64,000 bases of DNA from positions 93,770 through 157,769 of the forward strand of contig JAFGTV010000038.1 in the NCBI GenBank assembly GCA_016938875.1, given 5' to 3'. Position numbers and translations under genes: made by a program. The notes under the pieces were generated by a model. That model saw nothing but the letters and a program-made list of their open reading frames with translations, was not told the DNA's origin and ran no database searches. Source of the stretch: Paracoccaceae bacterium. GTDB taxonomy: Bacteria; Pseudomonadota; Alphaproteobacteria; Rhodobacterales; Rhodobacteraceae. Shown here one piece after another: positions 63,894-64,000 of this stretch (the stretch's first letter is position 1; each line of letters opens with the position of its first letter).

Positions 63894-64000
63894 GTTGTCG
63901 TCCTCTGCTCTGATTGAGGTAGCATATATAGTTCGTTACCATAAATTTCAATAGGCTAAGCAAATTGGTCGCTATCCGCATGTTTATCTTAATATTATGA
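63894..64000 (-). promoter_or_regulatory. AT-rich ectA upstream (promoter) region
   Basis: The last ~105 nt are roughly 35% GC (…gcatatatagttcgttaccataaatttcaatagg…ttatcttaatattatga), directly upstream of ectA. Confidence 0.35.

Noticed and set aside
1-64000. Search for tRNA, rRNA, CRISPR arrays, insertion sequences, integrases, toxin-antitoxin pairs or known defence-system genes
   Set aside because: None was recognised. All spacers longer than 100 bp were read on both strands. No cloverleaf-like T-loop (GGTTCGAATCC), repeat-spacer array, terminal inverted repeats with a transposase, or characteristic defence domains were seen. A proper tRNAscan/Infernal/DefenseFinder run is still advisable.

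Overview
High-GC (about 65%) chromosomal segment, by gene content probably from a marine Rhodobacteraceae-type alphaproteobacterium (inference). I recognised no rRNA, tRNA, CRISPR array, transposase or integrase. Gene order: (1) 1-11.3 kb, a strand-alternating glycan-modification cluster: RTX-tailed Cys-type sulfatase, GT32-methyltransferase fusion, methyltransferase, GSCFA protein, two-domain glycosyltransferase. (2) 11.8-20 kb: GtsABC/MalK-like sugar ABC transporter, NUDIX hydrolase, a PiT phosphate transporter frameshifted in a G9 run, and a Pro/Ala-rich membrane protein. (3) 20-41.7 kb, a large minus-strand surface-polysaccharide region: secreted FGE-like protein plus partner, UDP-glucuronate epimerase, wzc-wzb-wza, an H-NS-like gene in an AT-rich island, then a tightly packed 13-kb operon (manB, manC, fcl, gmd, 3 GTs, wzy, acetyltransferase, wzx and TWO sulfotransferases). 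(4) 42-45.4 kb: a three-gene phage/GTA-like module (small spike-base-like protein, glycine-rich fibre-like protein, small partner), a stand-alone NusG/RfaH-like paralogue, a LuxR regulator and a divergent paralogue lacking the DNA-binding domain. (5) 45.5-56.4 kb: MaoC-Pta, AckA, PpsA, then a translationally coupled ligase / fused E1 alpha-beta / E2 / acyl carrier protein module and a minimal K+ channel. (6) 56.4-64 kb: YnjBCD-like ABC transporter and ectABC-ask. Most interesting: the predicted sulfated, fucose-containing capsule locus next to GTA head-spike-like genes with NusG-paralogue and LuxR-pair regulators, and the E1-E2-ACP module. Nearly all long ORFs antisense to these genes are high-GC shadow ORFs and were rejected.
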